A stretch of DNA of 64,000 nucleotides from Candidatus Latescibacterota bacterium (GCA_965204745.1 OZ242010.1:3488001-3552000); one strand, 5' to 3'; positions 47,701-57,632 are shown, counted from the first letter of the stretch. A program made the numbers and translations. The notes: generated by a model from the sequence alone, not told the origin.

Positions 47701-49286
47701 CACATGAGGGGGTTGGGGTGAACGGTGAAATCGAGATGGTGATTGGGATGGTTGAGAACGCGCTGTGTGGCAGCGGGGAAGTGGTCGATGATGTCGCTGG
47801 CAATCAAGCTCATCTCCCCGGTCTTTTCCACAGCGATGTCGCCGGCCAAGCCGTGAAGATATACCGCTGTGCAAGCGGCTGTTGAACCGTCGAGCCCCTG
47901 CCCGATAAGCGCGACCACGAGACCCGTGAGCACGTCCCCTGTGCCGCCGGTCGCCATGCCCGGGTTGCCCGTCGGGTTGATGTGCGTTTCGCCCGTTGGG
48001 GTTGCGACAAGGGTCGGCGCGCCCTTGAGCACGATGGTCGCCCGCACCTGCACGGCAAAATCAGCGGCGATGGCAATGGGATTGCGGCGAATCTCGGCGA
48101 TGCTACGCTGGGTCAAGCGTGCAAACTCGCCCAAATGCGGGGTGAGCACCACGGGCACTTCGCAGGCGCGAATGGCGTCGATGTCCCCGGCCAGAGCATT
48201 GAGCGCGTCCGCATCGATGACCGCGGGACAAACCAAGTCGCGCACCAAGCGGCGGATGAGTTCAACGGTTTCCCGGTGCGTGCCCAGGCCCGGGCCAATC
48301 GCCACGCTATCGGCATCTCGGAAACGGCGTTGAATCTCGCCGCGGGCGCGAAGGCACAAGCACCGCTGCCGTTTGACTTCTGGAAGCGGATGGGTCATGG
48401 CCTCGGTGACTTTGATTTCGAGAATGTCGTTGAGGCTTTGGGGCGTGCCTATCGTGACCAAGCCCGCGCCCCCTTTGAGTGCTGCGCGCGCCGAGAGCGC
48501 GCCCGCGCCCGTAAGCCCGACGGATCCGGCCAGAATATATACCCTGCCGCAATCGCCTTTGTGGGCGTCGCCCGCTCGTTGCGGGAGCCACCTCGCGCAG
48601 TAGCGATTGTCTATCAAAAATGTGCTGACGCGCTCGGGTTTAAGGGCCGAAGCCGGTATGCCGATGTCGATCAAGTGCAACTGACCGCAATGGGCGCGAC
48701 CGGAAAAAAAGAAATGTCCAATGCGCGGCCAGGCAAATGTAACCGTGCGGGTTGCAACCGCGCAAGGACCGTCAATGCCGCCCGTATCCGCGTTGAGTCC
48801 CGAAGGCACATCCACCGCGACGATGGGACAGGTTGCGCGGTCGAGCGCGTTGATGAGATCCGCATAAACACCCCGCGCTGCGCCGCGAGTGCCCGTGCCC
48901 AAAAGCGCGTCCACCGCGGCATCGGCCCGTGCCAGCGCGCCTTGCACTGTTGCGATGCGGTCAACCGACTGCGCGATATTCGCGGGCAAGCGGTCGAGAT
49001 TGAGTTTGGCATCGCCCGTAATTTCGCTTGCCGAGGTCGCCAAAAACACCTGAACGACTGCGCCGCGTTGGGCCGCATACCGCGCAATGACAAGCCCGTC
49101 GCCTCCGTTGTTGCCCTTGCCACACAGCACGACGAGATGGCGATTTTGAAACCCGCCCAACAGGTCTTCGACGACTTGGGCCGCGCCTTGTCCTGCGGCT
49201 TCCATGAGATCGATACTCGACGCGCCGTTGTCAATTACTCGGCGGTCGATAGAAGCCATCTGGGAGCCGGTGAGAAGTGCGATCAT
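47700..49286 (-). CDS. nnr: Bifunctional NAD(P)H-hydrate epimerase/dehydratase
   Basis: LMEAAG, GKGNNGGDG, DALLGTG, DVPSG, HKGDCG, DADALN, TPHLGEF, ATGGTGDVL. Confidence 0.93.
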   Translation of the reverse strand: MIALLTGSQMASIDRRVIDNGASSIDLMEAAGQGAAQVVEDLLGGFQNRHLVVLCGKGNNGGDGLVIARYAAQRGAVVQVFLATSASEITGDAKLNLDRLPANIAQSVDRIATVQGALARADAAVDALLGTGTRGAARGVYADLINALDRATCPIVAVDVPSGLNADTGGIDGPCAVATRTVTFAWPRIGHFFFSGRAHCGQLHLIDIGIPASALKPERVSTFLIDNRYCARWLPQRAGDAHKGDCGRVYILAGSVGLTGAGALSARAALKGGAGLVTIGTPQSLNDILEIKVTEAMTHPLPEVKRQRCLCLRARGEIQRRFRDADSVAIGPGLGTHRETVELIRRLVRDLVCPAVIDADALNALAGDIDAIRACEVPVVLTPHLGEFARLTQRSIAEIRRNPIAIAADFAVQVRATIVLKGAPTLVATPTGETHINPTGNPGMATGGTGDVLTGLVVALIGQGLDGSTAACTAVYLHGLAGDIAVEKTGEMSLIASDIIDHFPAATQRVLNHPNHHLDFTVHPNPLM

Positions 49287-49426
49287 ACCATTTGGGGCGC
49301 GAGGTCAATGGGCGTTTTCGGAATATCTAACGATATAAAAATACGGGAACGGCACGGGCAAAGCAAACCCTTTTTGAAAAAAATAAAAATGTCACAAAAG
49401 AGACACAAAATAGATGCGGGCGATTT

Positions 49427-49578
49427 GCCTTTGAACTGGCTACCGCCAGTTGTACCCCGCTCGTGCCTTCTGTGCCTTTGAACTAGCTACTGCCAGTTGT
49501 ACCCCGCTCGTGCCTTTGAACTGGCTACCGCTAGTTGTACCCCGCTCGTGCCTTTTGTGCCTTTTGTGCCTTTTGTGG
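49427..49578. repeat. Tandem 38-nt REP-C units (GCCTTTGAACTGGCTACCGCCAGTTGTACCCCGCTCGT x3) plus 9-mers
   Basis: Internal hairpin AACTGGC-TACC-GCCAGTT; no unique spacers. Confidence 0.8.
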
Positions 49579-49631
49579 CAATCAAAAAAATGTCCAAAAC
49601 CATTGTGATGCGCTGAAGTGCCACAAACCCC

Positions 49632-49660
49632 TTGACACAGATAGGGCACTTGTCTATACT
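49632..49660 (+). promoter_or_regulatory. Sigma70 promoter of the tRNA-Ser/gltX/tRNA-Gln operon
   Basis: TTGACA-17 nt-TATACT. Confidence 0.85.
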
Positions 49661-49672
49661 TTTGGGCGATGC

Positions 49673-49760
49673 GGTGGGGTGCGAGAGCGGTTGAATCGGG
49701 CGGTCTTGAAAACCGTTGGCCTTCGCGGGTCCGTGGGTTCGAATCCCACCCCCACCGCCA
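49673..49760 (+). tRNA. tRNA-Ser(TGA)
   Basis: GCGGT-CTTGAAA-ACCGT anticodon arm, long variable arm, GCCA end. Confidence 0.95.
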
Positions 49761-49796
49761 AAAGGCGATTGCCGATTGCTTCAACTTGTCGATAGC

Positions 49797-49889
<93 letters not shown>

Positions 49890-49913
49890 ATAATATTTGG
49901 GGACGTGTTTTTG

Positions 49914-51335
49914 ATGTCTGACACCATCCTGCGATTCGCGCCATCCCCCACAGGTGGATTTCATGTGGGCAATGCGCGAACGGCGATTTTCAACTATCTC
50001 TACGCGAAACACCACAACGCAAAATTGTCGTTGCGCGTTGAAGATACGGATCGCGACCGATATACGGAATCGTCGCTTCAAACGATTTTGGACGGTTTGA
50101 ACTGGCTCGGCGTCGAGTTTGACGGCGAGCCAGTCTTTCAATCGCATCGCGCACAAGCGCACAAACGCGCCGCAGAGCGTCTGCTCGCCACCGGCCATGC
50201 GTATTACGGGTACGAAACGCCCGAAGAACTCGCCGCCATGCAAAAGCAGGCCCAAGCCGAGAAGCGGCGCGTGCGCTACAACCGGGATTTGACCCCGGAA
50301 CAGCGGGCGGCTTACGAAGCCGAGGGGCGTCCAAAAGTCGTGCGGTTTAAGGTGCCAGCAGGCGAAACCGCGTGGCATGATCGCATCCGCGGGGTACAGC
50401 GTTGGCGCAATGCCGAGATCGAAGATTTCGTGCTGCTCCGGCCCGATGGGTCCCCGGTCTACAATCTCGCGGTGGTGGTCGATGATCGCGACATGGGCGT
50501 CAACATGGTGTTGCGCTCTGCGGATCACCTGTCGAATACGCCCAAGCAAATCATGCTGTTTCGGGCACTATCATGGGCGGTGCCCGACTACGGGCATTCA
50601 ACCCTGATTTTAGGCCCGGATGGCAACAAGTTGTCAAAACGCCACGGCGCCACCACCATCGCGGAATACCGCACGCGGGGGATTTTGTCAGACGCGATGT
50701 TCAATTACCTCGCGCTGTTGGGGTGGTCGCCCGGCGATGCGCGCGAAGTGTTTGCGCGAGAGGAATTGATCGCGGCGTTTTCGGCTGACGGATTGCTCAA
50801 ACGAGACGCGGTTTTTGACGAAAAGAAATTGATCTGGCTCAATGGCGAACACATGCGTCTCCGCCCGGTGGATGAGATCTTGGACGACGCCATACCGATC
50901 TGGATCGCCGAGGGATGGCTGACAGAAGCCGAGGCGCACGATCAGCGCGATGCGTTGACGCGAATCGCCGAAATGTTGCAACCGCGCTTGCACACGCTTC
51001 AAGACCTGAAACACACCGGTTATTTTTTTTGCGACCCGGAAACCTACGACGCAAAAACCGCCAAAAAACACTGGAAGGCCGATACGCCCATGCGCGTTCA
51101 GATGATGATCGAGCGGTTGCAAAATTTGGATGCGTTCGGCGAAAGCGATATCGAAGGCGCGACGCGCACACTGGCCGGCGAATTGGGCATGTCCGCGTCC
51201 AAACTCATTCACCCAACGCGCCTCGCGCTCTGCGGCGTGGGCTTCGGCCCGGGGTTGTTTGAATTGATGGCCGTGCTCGGGCGCGAAACCTGCATCCGCC
51301 GCTTGCAAAAGGCGCTGAAAACTTTGCGTTGCTGA
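49914..51335 (+). CDS. gltX: Glutamate--tRNA ligase
   Basis: RFAPSPTG.FHVGN, LRVEDTD, KLSKR, LALLGWS. Confidence 0.96.
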   Translation: MSDTILRFAPSPTGGFHVGNARTAIFNYLYAKHHNAKLSLRVEDTDRDRYTESSLQTILDGLNWLGVEFDGEPVFQSHRAQAHKRAAERLLATGHAYYGYETPEELAAMQKQAQAEKRRVRYNRDLTPEQRAAYEAEGRPKVVRFKVPAGETAWHDRIRGVQRWRNAEIEDFVLLRPDGSPVYNLAVVVDDRDMGVNMVLRSADHLSNTPKQIMLFRALSWAVPDYGHSTLILGPDGNKLSKRHGATTIAEYRTRGILSDAMFNYLALLGWSPGDAREVFAREELIAAFSADGLLKRDAVFDEKKLIWLNGEHMRLRPVDEILDDAIPIWIAEGWLTEAEAHDQRDALTRIAEMLQPRLHTLQDLKHTGYFFCDPETYDAKTAKKHWKADTPMRVQMMIERLQNLDAFGESDIEGATRTLAGELGMSASKLIHPTRLALCGVGFGPGLFELMAVLGRETCIRRLQKALKTLRC

Positions 51336-51339
51336 TTTT

Positions 51340-51413
51340 TGCCCCCTCGTCTAATGGCAAGACATGCGGCTCTGGACCGTAGAATCGGGGTTCGAATCCC
51401 TGGGGGGCAACCA
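51340..51413 (+). tRNA. tRNA-Gln(CTG)
   Basis: TGCGG-CTCTGGA-CCGTA anticodon arm, ACCA end. Confidence 0.95.
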
Positions 51414-51507
51414 CACAACCCGTCACCGCCCGCGCCAATGGGCGTGACGCCACATTGCAAAAAGGCCGCCAATCGATCATTCGCGGCCTTCTTTTTGGAG
51501 GATTTCG

Positions 51508-51849
51508 ATGATTTACGACATGCGAACCTACGACCTGAACCCCGGCGCCTTGCAAGCCTACATGGATGCGGTGCGCGAGGTGGCCCTGCCATTGCGCGAA
51601 GAACACGGCATCAAACTCGCCGGCTGGTATTACACCGACATCGGCAAATTGAATCGCGTCATTCACATTTGGGCCTATCGCGATTACACCCACTTTGACC
51701 ATGCGCGACAAGCCGTGCGCCGCGACCCGCGATGGACAGACGAATATCTCCCGCGCGTCAAAGGTCTCATCGTGCGCCAACGGGATCAAATCATGCTCGC
51801 CGCCGACTTCTTTGAATCGCGCATCCCCGCCCTTTCGCAAAACCCGTAA
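51508..51849 (+). CDS. NIPSNAP family protein
   Basis: MIYDMRTYDL.PG, IGKLNRVIHIWAY, R..W. Confidence 0.9.
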   Translation: MIYDMRTYDLNPGALQAYMDAVREVALPLREEHGIKLAGWYYTDIGKLNRVIHIWAYRDYTHFDHARQAVRRDPRWTDEYLPRVKGLIVRQRDQIMLAADFFESRIPALSQNP

Positions 51850-51853
51850 TGGT

Positions 51854-52063
51854 TCACGCCCCTGGAGGTTGTACTTCTAATTCTGCCAGAATCTGATCGC
51901 GTGTCACCCGACCAGATTCAACGGCCATGATCGCTCTCAAAACATGCAATTCAAACATCATGTCATCGTTGGGAAACTCAGACCTCATTCGATTGCATAG
52001 TTGATCCAGTTGCACATCTGTGAGGCCGATGCGCCGTGCGGCATTGAGATAGTCAAACATCAT
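51854..52063 (-). CDS. Small hypothetical protein (possible orphan antitoxin)
   Basis: AAGGAG RBS; EFPNDDMMFELHVLRA. Confidence 0.55.
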   Translation of the reverse strand: MMFDYLNAARRIGLTDVQLDQLCNRMRSEFPNDDMMFELHVLRAIMAVESGRVTRDQILAELEVQPPGA

Positions 52064-52178
52064 AATCGTGCTCCTTGAAAAACTCGGACAGTCGCTCCTT
52101 CAGCATTCTCGCTTTTGCGACCACGCTCATCGTATTCACTGCCGTTCCGCAGTTCAAAGAAGGCATCACAACGAGATC

Positions 52179-52489
52179 GGGACCTACCCCCCTAGCCCCC
52201 CTTCCTGCGAGGAAGGGGGGAACGAGGATCGGTCTTGCGAGGGATTTGCGCGAGAGGTTTTTGGGGTTCATGGCGTGATCCATTCGCCCAAAGCCATCAA
52301 AACAGCCAAGAAAACAAACCTTCAAAAAGCCATGTGCTCCCCCTTTCCTCGCAGGCACAGGCGTAGCCTACAATGAGCGAAGCGAATAACGGGGGCCGGG
52401 GGGATAGGTCCCCTCGCGCCACGCCATCAGAGCAACCAGAGCGAGAAGCCATCAAATGAGCAAGCAACACATTTGCTAACACGACCTAG
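52179..52489. repeat. REP-hairpin composite with a degenerate type-A end
   Basis: Same modules as 33608-33955; AACACGACC-TAG at the right end. Confidence 0.7.
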
Positions 52490-52524
52490 TATAATCAACC
52501 CGACAACCCGAAATAGGAGACCTT

Positions 52525-53082
52525 ATGGGCACGGAACAAATCATCTTTCGAGACACTTTTGACGGCACGCTCGACATCGGTTGGTCGTGGTTGCGCGAGC
52601 GACCCGATGATTGGCGCGTGCAGAATGGCGGTCTGGAAATTTGCGTGCGCCCGGGCGTCAAAGACACCGTGCAAAACGCCTTGCTCAGACCCGCGCCAGA
52701 CCGCAGCGAAGGCGTGCATGCCATCGAAGTCACCATCACCAACCACACCCATCCCACGCAGCAATACGAACAGGCGGGCATTACGTGGTATCACGATGGC
52801 GAACCCGTGTTCAAAGCGGTCAAAGAACTCATCGACGGCGACTTGTACATCATTCCCGGGAAACGAGCCATGCGGACCCAAAGCGTCCGCCTGCGCCTCG
52901 TCGTCACGGTCAGCACTTGGGAAGCGCAGTATCGCGCCGACGGCGAACCCACATTCCAAACCGCGGCCCAAGGCGAACTCCCGCCACCGGGCGACGATCA
53001 AGTCAGCATCCAATGCTACAATGGCCCGGAAGAAGGCGACCACTGGATACGCTTTTCGGACTTTTGCATCAAACGCCTGTGA
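52525..53082 (+). CDS. Concanavalin A-like beta-sandwich protein (DUF1349-like)
   Basis: FRDTFDGTLD..WSWLRE, QYEQAGI, RFSDFCI. Confidence 0.65.
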   Translation: MGTEQIIFRDTFDGTLDIGWSWLRERPDDWRVQNGGLEICVRPGVKDTVQNALLRPAPDRSEGVHAIEVTITNHTHPTQQYEQAGITWYHDGEPVFKAVKELIDGDLYIIPGKRAMRTQSVRLRLVVTVSTWEAQYRADGEPTFQTAAQGELPPPGDDQVSIQCYNGPEEGDHWIRFSDFCIKRL

Positions 53083-53113
53083 GCGCGGAGACGAGCCGTT
53101 CACAGAAAAAAAA

Positions 53114-53145
53114 ACAGCCGCCGAGGTTCAGGTCTCGGCGGCTGT
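53114..53145 (-). terminator. Intrinsic terminator between convergent genes
   Basis: ACAGCCGCCGAG-loop-CTCGGCGGCTGT with an A-run. Confidence 0.8.
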
Positions 53146-53148
53146 TCT

Positions 53149-53499
53149 TCAATCGAGGATGTCGTCCACGGCTTCTGCCGGGCGGGCGATCACGGCGCGG
53201 GTTCCGCGGATACACACCGGGCGATTCATCACTTCCGGGTGTTCCAAAAGCAAATTGACGAGTGCATCGGGCGTATTGTAATCGTCGATATCGCGCCCCA
53301 ACTCTTCAAATGAACTGGGATGAATCAAATCCTTGGGTTCGCAGGAAAGAAGCGCGAGAAAGTTTCTCAACATCGCTTCGGTCAACGGCGTTTTCAGGTA
53401 TTCAACCACGTCGAACTCGACGTTGCGGGCGCGCAAAATATCTATCGCGCCATTGGATTTGCTTCAGTTGGGGTTGTGGTAGATCGTCACATTTCCCAT
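53149..53499 (-). CDS. arsC: ArsC-family (glutaredoxin-type arsenate reductase-like) selenoprotein; UGA at codon 12
   Basis: MGNVTIYHNPN-TGA-SKSNGAIDIL...EYLKTP...HPEVMNRPV...IARP; AAAGGAG RBS; hairpin 12 nt after the UGA. Confidence 0.85.
53428..53451 (-). promoter_or_regulatory. Candidate bacterial SECIS element
   Basis: GGCGCG-AUAGAUAUUUUG-CGCGCC stem-loop starting 12 nt downstream of the in-frame UGA (53464-53466). Confidence 0.65.
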
Positions 53500-53522
53500 G
53501 CTCAATCTCCTTTGTGAGGGGG

Positions 53523-54266
53523 TCAAATTCGCCAGCGTTTCCACAAGTCGTCGGGAATTTCGTCCCGAAACACGTCTTGGTCTTTGTGGGGCAGACGGGC
53601 GAAAAGGCCATAGCGGATGTGGTTGCTAATATTGTGCGAGGTTTCGTGCAGGATGTTGCAGTGCCAGAAAATGACGTCGCCTGCTTTGGCGGGCACTTCA
53701 ACGGGTTGAATATCTTCGATCATGGCGAGATATTCGGGGTGTTGCTTAAAGCTGCGGTCGAGGTGATCGGGGTGTTTGCGGAGAAATTTCCACGATGCGA
53801 GGTGGTTGCCCGGCCAAAAGACCGTGCCACCGCCGCGCGCTTCTACGTCGTAAAGATAGGTCGCCAAGCCGAGGAGAAATGGCATGGTTCGCCGCTTGCC
53901 GAGGTACCCGTCAATATGCCCTCGGTCAGGCAAGCGCCATTCGCGGTGCGGTTCGGGCCAAAGCAAGCGCAGGTTGCCGTCTTCGCCACAAAATTGCCCA
54001 CCGCCCACTTGATCGACAATGGCTTTGACTTTGAGCTGTTGGACGAGTTGCGTTTCTCTCGGCGAAAAGCGAAAGCCTCTGAGGATGGCGATGTCTGCGC
54101 GGTGTTGTGGTCGCGATCCAACGGCTTTTTGTGCATCGGACAGGTCGCCGAATTTGGCGCGAATTTGGGCACGCCAGTTGTGCAATACGGATGGCGCGAT
54201 CAGATTGCGGACGACGACATAGCCCGCTGTTTTGAACTCGGCGATCTGTGGGGCTGTGAGGGCCAT
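53523..54266 (-). CDS. Phytanoyl-CoA dioxygenase (PhyH) family protein
   Basis: F...GYVVVRNLI, HID, GGGTVFWPGNH, AGDVIFWH..ILH. Confidence 0.85.
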   Translation of the reverse strand: MALTAPQIAEFKTAGYVVVRNLIAPSVLHNWRAQIRAKFGDLSDAQKAVGSRPQHRADIAILRGFRFSPRETQLVQQLKVKAIVDQVGGGQFCGEDGNLRLLWPEPHREWRLPDRGHIDGYLGKRRTMPFLLGLATYLYDVEARGGGTVFWPGNHLASWKFLRKHPDHLDRSFKQHPEYLAMIEDIQPVEVPAKAGDVIFWHCNILHETSHNISNHIRYGLFARLPHKDQDVFRDEIPDDLWKRWRI

Positions 54267-54282
54267 AGCACCTCCTGAAAAA

Positions 54283-55641
54283 TTAACCGCGTTCTTTGAG
54301 GTCGTAAATCGCGATCATATAGGGGTGGTCATGGGAGAGATGGGTGAGGGTCTCGGGATTTTCGACGCGCCCGGCGGGGCGGATGTTTTCGCCTGTGACG
54401 CCCGCGGCTTCGTCGCCGATGTCCTTGCGACAAGCGTCAATTTTCGCCATGAGGTCCCGCACGATGTCCGGGTGTTGGTCGCTGATGTCGCGGGTTTCCC
54501 CGATGTCCGCTTCGAGGTCGTAGAGTGCCCGGATTTCCAGATCGTCTTTGCGGATGTGGAGTTTCCATCTGCCGCTGCGCACGGCTTCGATGCTGTTGCG
54601 TTTGTAATAAAAAAAGGCTTCGTGTTGCGATTTCGCGCCGGCTTCCGCGACCATGAGCGCGCGAATGTCGTTGCCGTCGATGATGCGATCCGCGGGCACA
54701 TCTGCGCCAGCGAGGGCCGCGAGCGTGGGATAGAAGTCCAGAGACAACGCGAGTTCCCCACACACTTCGCCCGCGGGGATTTTGCCGGGCCAGCGCATGA
54801 GGCACGGGACGCGCTGACCCCCTTCCCAAGTCGTGCCTTTGGTGGCGCGCAACGGGCTGTTGCTACCGCCTTCGTCTCGGGCGCGCGAACCGTTATCGCT
54901 GGTAAAAATGACGAGGGTATCGTCGTCGAGCCCCAGCGCTTTGAGTTCGTGAAAAATGACCGCGGCTGCCCAGTCGATGCAGGCCACCGCCGCGCCGTAC
55001 ACCCCGTTTTCGGATTCGCGGACAAACGCCTCGGGGGGATAATGCGGCAGGTGGACGTGCATGTGCGCGAGGTACAAAAAGAAGGGTTGGTCCTCGTTGT
55101 CGCGCATGAACCGCACGCATTCTTCCACGTAGCGTTCGGTGATCCCGCGCTGGTCGGGTTGCGCCTGAATGACATCTTCATCTCGCAACAAGGGCAACGG
55201 TGGGTATTTATCGCCTTCTTTTTGCCGGCCCATGTCATTGCTGTACGGAATGCCGTAATAGCTGTCGAATCCGTGGCGCGTGGGCAGAAATGCTCGTTGA
55301 TCGCCGCAGTGCCATTTGCCGACAATTTTGGTGGCGTATCCCTGGGTTTTGAGGAGTTTGGCGATGGTGATTTCCCTGGGATTGAGTCCGATGCCCTGAC
55401 CGGGAAAGAGCACCCAGCGCCCATCGAACGCGCCAAAGCCAATGCGCGAGGGATAGCAACCGGTGAGCATGGCCCCGCGCGAAGGCGAACACACCGGAGA
55501 CGCCATGTAAAAGTCGGTGAATCTCATGCCTTCTTCGGCCATTTTGTCGAGTGCCGGCGTTTTGTTGATGCGCGACCCATAACAGCCGAGGTCCCCATAG
55601 CCGAGGTCGTCGCAGTTGATCAAAATGATATTGGGTTGCAT
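54283..55641 (-). CDS. Arylsulfatase (formylglycine-dependent)
   Basis: PNIILINCDDLGYGD, CSPSRGAMLTG, GKWH, SDNG. Confidence 0.93.
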   Translation of the reverse strand: MQPNIILINCDDLGYGDLGCYGSRINKTPALDKMAEEGMRFTDFYMASPVCSPSRGAMLTGCYPSRIGFGAFDGRWVLFPGQGIGLNPREITIAKLLKTQGYATKIVGKWHCGDQRAFLPTRHGFDSYYGIPYSNDMGRQKEGDKYPPLPLLRDEDVIQAQPDQRGITERYVEECVRFMRDNEDQPFFLYLAHMHVHLPHYPPEAFVRESENGVYGAAVACIDWAAAVIFHELKALGLDDDTLVIFTSDNGSRARDEGGSNSPLRATKGTTWEGGQRVPCLMRWPGKIPAGEVCGELALSLDFYPTLAALAGADVPADRIIDGNDIRALMVAEAGAKSQHEAFFYYKRNSIEAVRSGRWKLHIRKDDLEIRALYDLEADIGETRDISDQHPDIVRDLMAKIDACRKDIGDEAAGVTGENIRPAGRVENPETLTHLSHDHPYMIAIYDLKERG

Positions 55642-55840
55642 GTGTATGTCCTTTCGCGATATTGTCCGCAATGGGCTTTCGAGATTTTGCCATCTACTAT
55701 ACTTTCTTCTGGCAATGGATGCAAGTTTCAGCTAACTTGTGCTTTTTGCCCCTTTCTTCAAATAAGTGGCAAACCCTGATAACAAAGGGACAACCCCCGC
55801 GTCTGTCCCGATAATTCAATGATGCGGTTGGAGAATTACA

Positions 55841-56440
55841 ATGGATAACTATCGCGAATGGACCTTCCCAGCCAACGCCGCAAAGGACGCGGTAATCGTC
55901 ATCGACGATGATCGTGCGAACATACTCGCCGACCCACTTCGTCAGCATATCCTCGAAATCCTCGGAACCGGGAAGTCCGTTGCGGAAATTTCGCAGACCT
56001 TGGACATTACCGATGCGCGGGTGCTGTACCATTTGAGACAGCTAGCGCAAACGGGTGTCGTACATTTGGAGACGGATAAAATCGCCCCCCGCGAATGGCG
56101 TTGTTTGCCAGCGGCGGGTAAAATTCGCGTTCGGGAAGTCATTTCGGCGAAGAACCCAATTGCCGAAGCCATACCAACTCATGTTGTCAGCCAATTCAAT
56201 CAAGCATTCCGCGAGGCTACCGAGGGCTTATACGGCTCGACATTCCAACTGTCAGTCAATCACAACCGCGCCCGACTATCTGAAGAACAGGCAACCGAGT
56301 TTGGGCGTAGGTTATTGGCACTTCTAAACGAGTACTTCCCACCGGGGCGAGGCGATCCCGCGGGCATCAAATACGGTTTCTACGGGATTCTCACCCCGAT
56401 TGATCTACATCCTCTCGATGACTCCAAAGCCGAAGCGTGA
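55841..56440 (+). CDS. ArsR-like winged-helix transcription regulator
   Basis: LADPLRQHILEIL...SVAEISQTL...VLYHLRQLAQTGVV. Confidence 0.8.
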   Translation: MDNYREWTFPANAAKDAVIVIDDDRANILADPLRQHILEILGTGKSVAEISQTLDITDARVLYHLRQLAQTGVVHLETDKIAPREWRCLPAAGKIRVREVISAKNPIAEAIPTHVVSQFNQAFREATEGLYGSTFQLSVNHNRARLSEEQATEFGRRLLALLNEYFPPGRGDPAGIKYGFYGILTPIDLHPLDDSKAEA

Positions 56441-56517
56441 GCCTCGTTATGCCAATTTGAATTGCTACCGCACGAGTGGTCGTAACCGTATATACCTACT
56501 TTTTTGGGGAGACAACG

Positions 56518-56736
56518 ATGCAAATATCTCATGATCGCGAGGTGGATGCTTTATACATTTGTTTTAAGGAAACAACTGTTACAACAAAGCACCTTCAGGA
56601 CGGGATCGCGCTCGATTACGATGGGGCAGATCGCCTCGCTGGCATCGAAATTCTCGACGTCAGGAAGCGATTGGACGATCCAGAGGCGTTTAAGCAGGTC
56701 ATCGAAGACAGAGCACTTGGTGAAATCAGTATTTAG
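56518..56736 (+). CDS. DUF2283 domain protein (antitoxin-like)
   Basis: HDREVDALYI, IALDYD...LAGIEILD. Confidence 0.85.
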   Translation: MQISHDREVDALYICFKETTVTTKHLQDGIALDYDGADRLAGIEILDVRKRLDDPEAFKQVIEDRALGEISI

Positions 56737-56778
56737 CTAACGGGTTCAATGTGCGCGGTTGCGTCAAAGGAGGCGTAA

Positions 56779-57450
56779 ATGGCTGTTAAACCGAAGGCAT
56801 TGAAATTCATCGCCACGTTAGAAAAAGGCGAGGTGTCGGCTTTGTACGCGCGACCACATGGCGCGAAGGCTGTGTTGGTCTTGGGACATGGGTCGGGCAC
56901 GAATATGCGCCATCAATTCATGCAGGACTTGAGCGATGCGTTGAACGACGTGGGCATTGCGACCTTTCGCTTCAACTATCCCTATTCCGAAAAAGGCGGC
57001 GGTGGCATGGATGGCGAAAAGGTGCGGTTGGCAACCGTGCGCGTGGCTATCGAAACCGCGATGAAACAGGCGCGCGGCTTGCCGGTCTTTGCAGGTGGGC
57101 ATTCGATGAGCGGCAGGATGATCTCTATGGCCTCTGCTGAAGACCCTATAGACGGGCTGAAGGGCATTGTGTTTTTCGCGTTTCCGCTGTACGCGAGCAA
57201 GCCAGACACCGCACGCGCCGAGCATTTGAAGGAGGTCGCCGCGCCCATGCTGTTTTTGTCCGGACAGCGCGACAGGATGGCGGACTTAAACCTGCTGTCG
57301 CCCGTGGTGAAAAACCTCAAACGCGCCACCCTCCATGTGGTGGACACCGCGGACCACGGGTTCAAGGTGCTGAAACGGCGAAACACCGATGAACCCGTGA
57401 TGGAAGAATTGGCCCGGGTCGCGGCCGCGTGGATGGCGAACCCAAAATAA
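56779..57450 (+). CDS. Alpha/beta hydrolase (KANL3/Tex30-like)
   Basis: LGHGSG, RFNYPY, GGHSMSGR, GQRD, ADHGF. Confidence 0.88.
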   Translation: MAVKPKALKFIATLEKGEVSALYARPHGAKAVLVLGHGSGTNMRHQFMQDLSDALNDVGIATFRFNYPYSEKGGGGMDGEKVRLATVRVAIETAMKQARGLPVFAGGHSMSGRMISMASAEDPIDGLKGIVFFAFPLYASKPDTARAEHLKEVAAPMLFLSGQRDRMADLNLLSPVVKNLKRATLHVVDTADHGFKVLKRRNTDEPVMEELARVAAAWMANPK

Positions 57451-57632
57451 CGGTCAGCCCTCGCCCATCCCCACTGCTGACCGCTTGGGGCCGAGGGAAT
57501 GGGAAAGGACTTTGACCTTTGCCTCTCGGTTCACTATGCCATATCTTTCGTCAATGTGCCCGCCCGATGACGGGGTTGCGAAAAGCGTGAGCGGACGGGT
57601 TAATCCGCGATCCAGACAAAGGAGAGATACCC

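Noticed and set aside
47982-49481. Long antisense ORFs (also 54232-55779, 45782-47074, 13272-14744, 8293-9387)
   Set aside because: Shadow ORFs opposite well-supported genes in GC-rich DNA, with no recognisable motifs.
49427-49578. Possible CRISPR array (38-nt palindromic repeats)
   Set aside because: Units are contiguous or separated only by a 9-mer, with no unique spacers and no cas genes; the same unit is dispersed singly elsewhere.
51340-51413. tRNA-anchored genomic island or prophage
   Set aside because: No integrase and no duplicated tRNA 3' end was seen for any of the four tRNAs.
57560-57600. Hammerhead ribozyme (CCGATGA...GAAA)
   Set aside because: The core deviates from CUGANGA, and stems II and III do not form.
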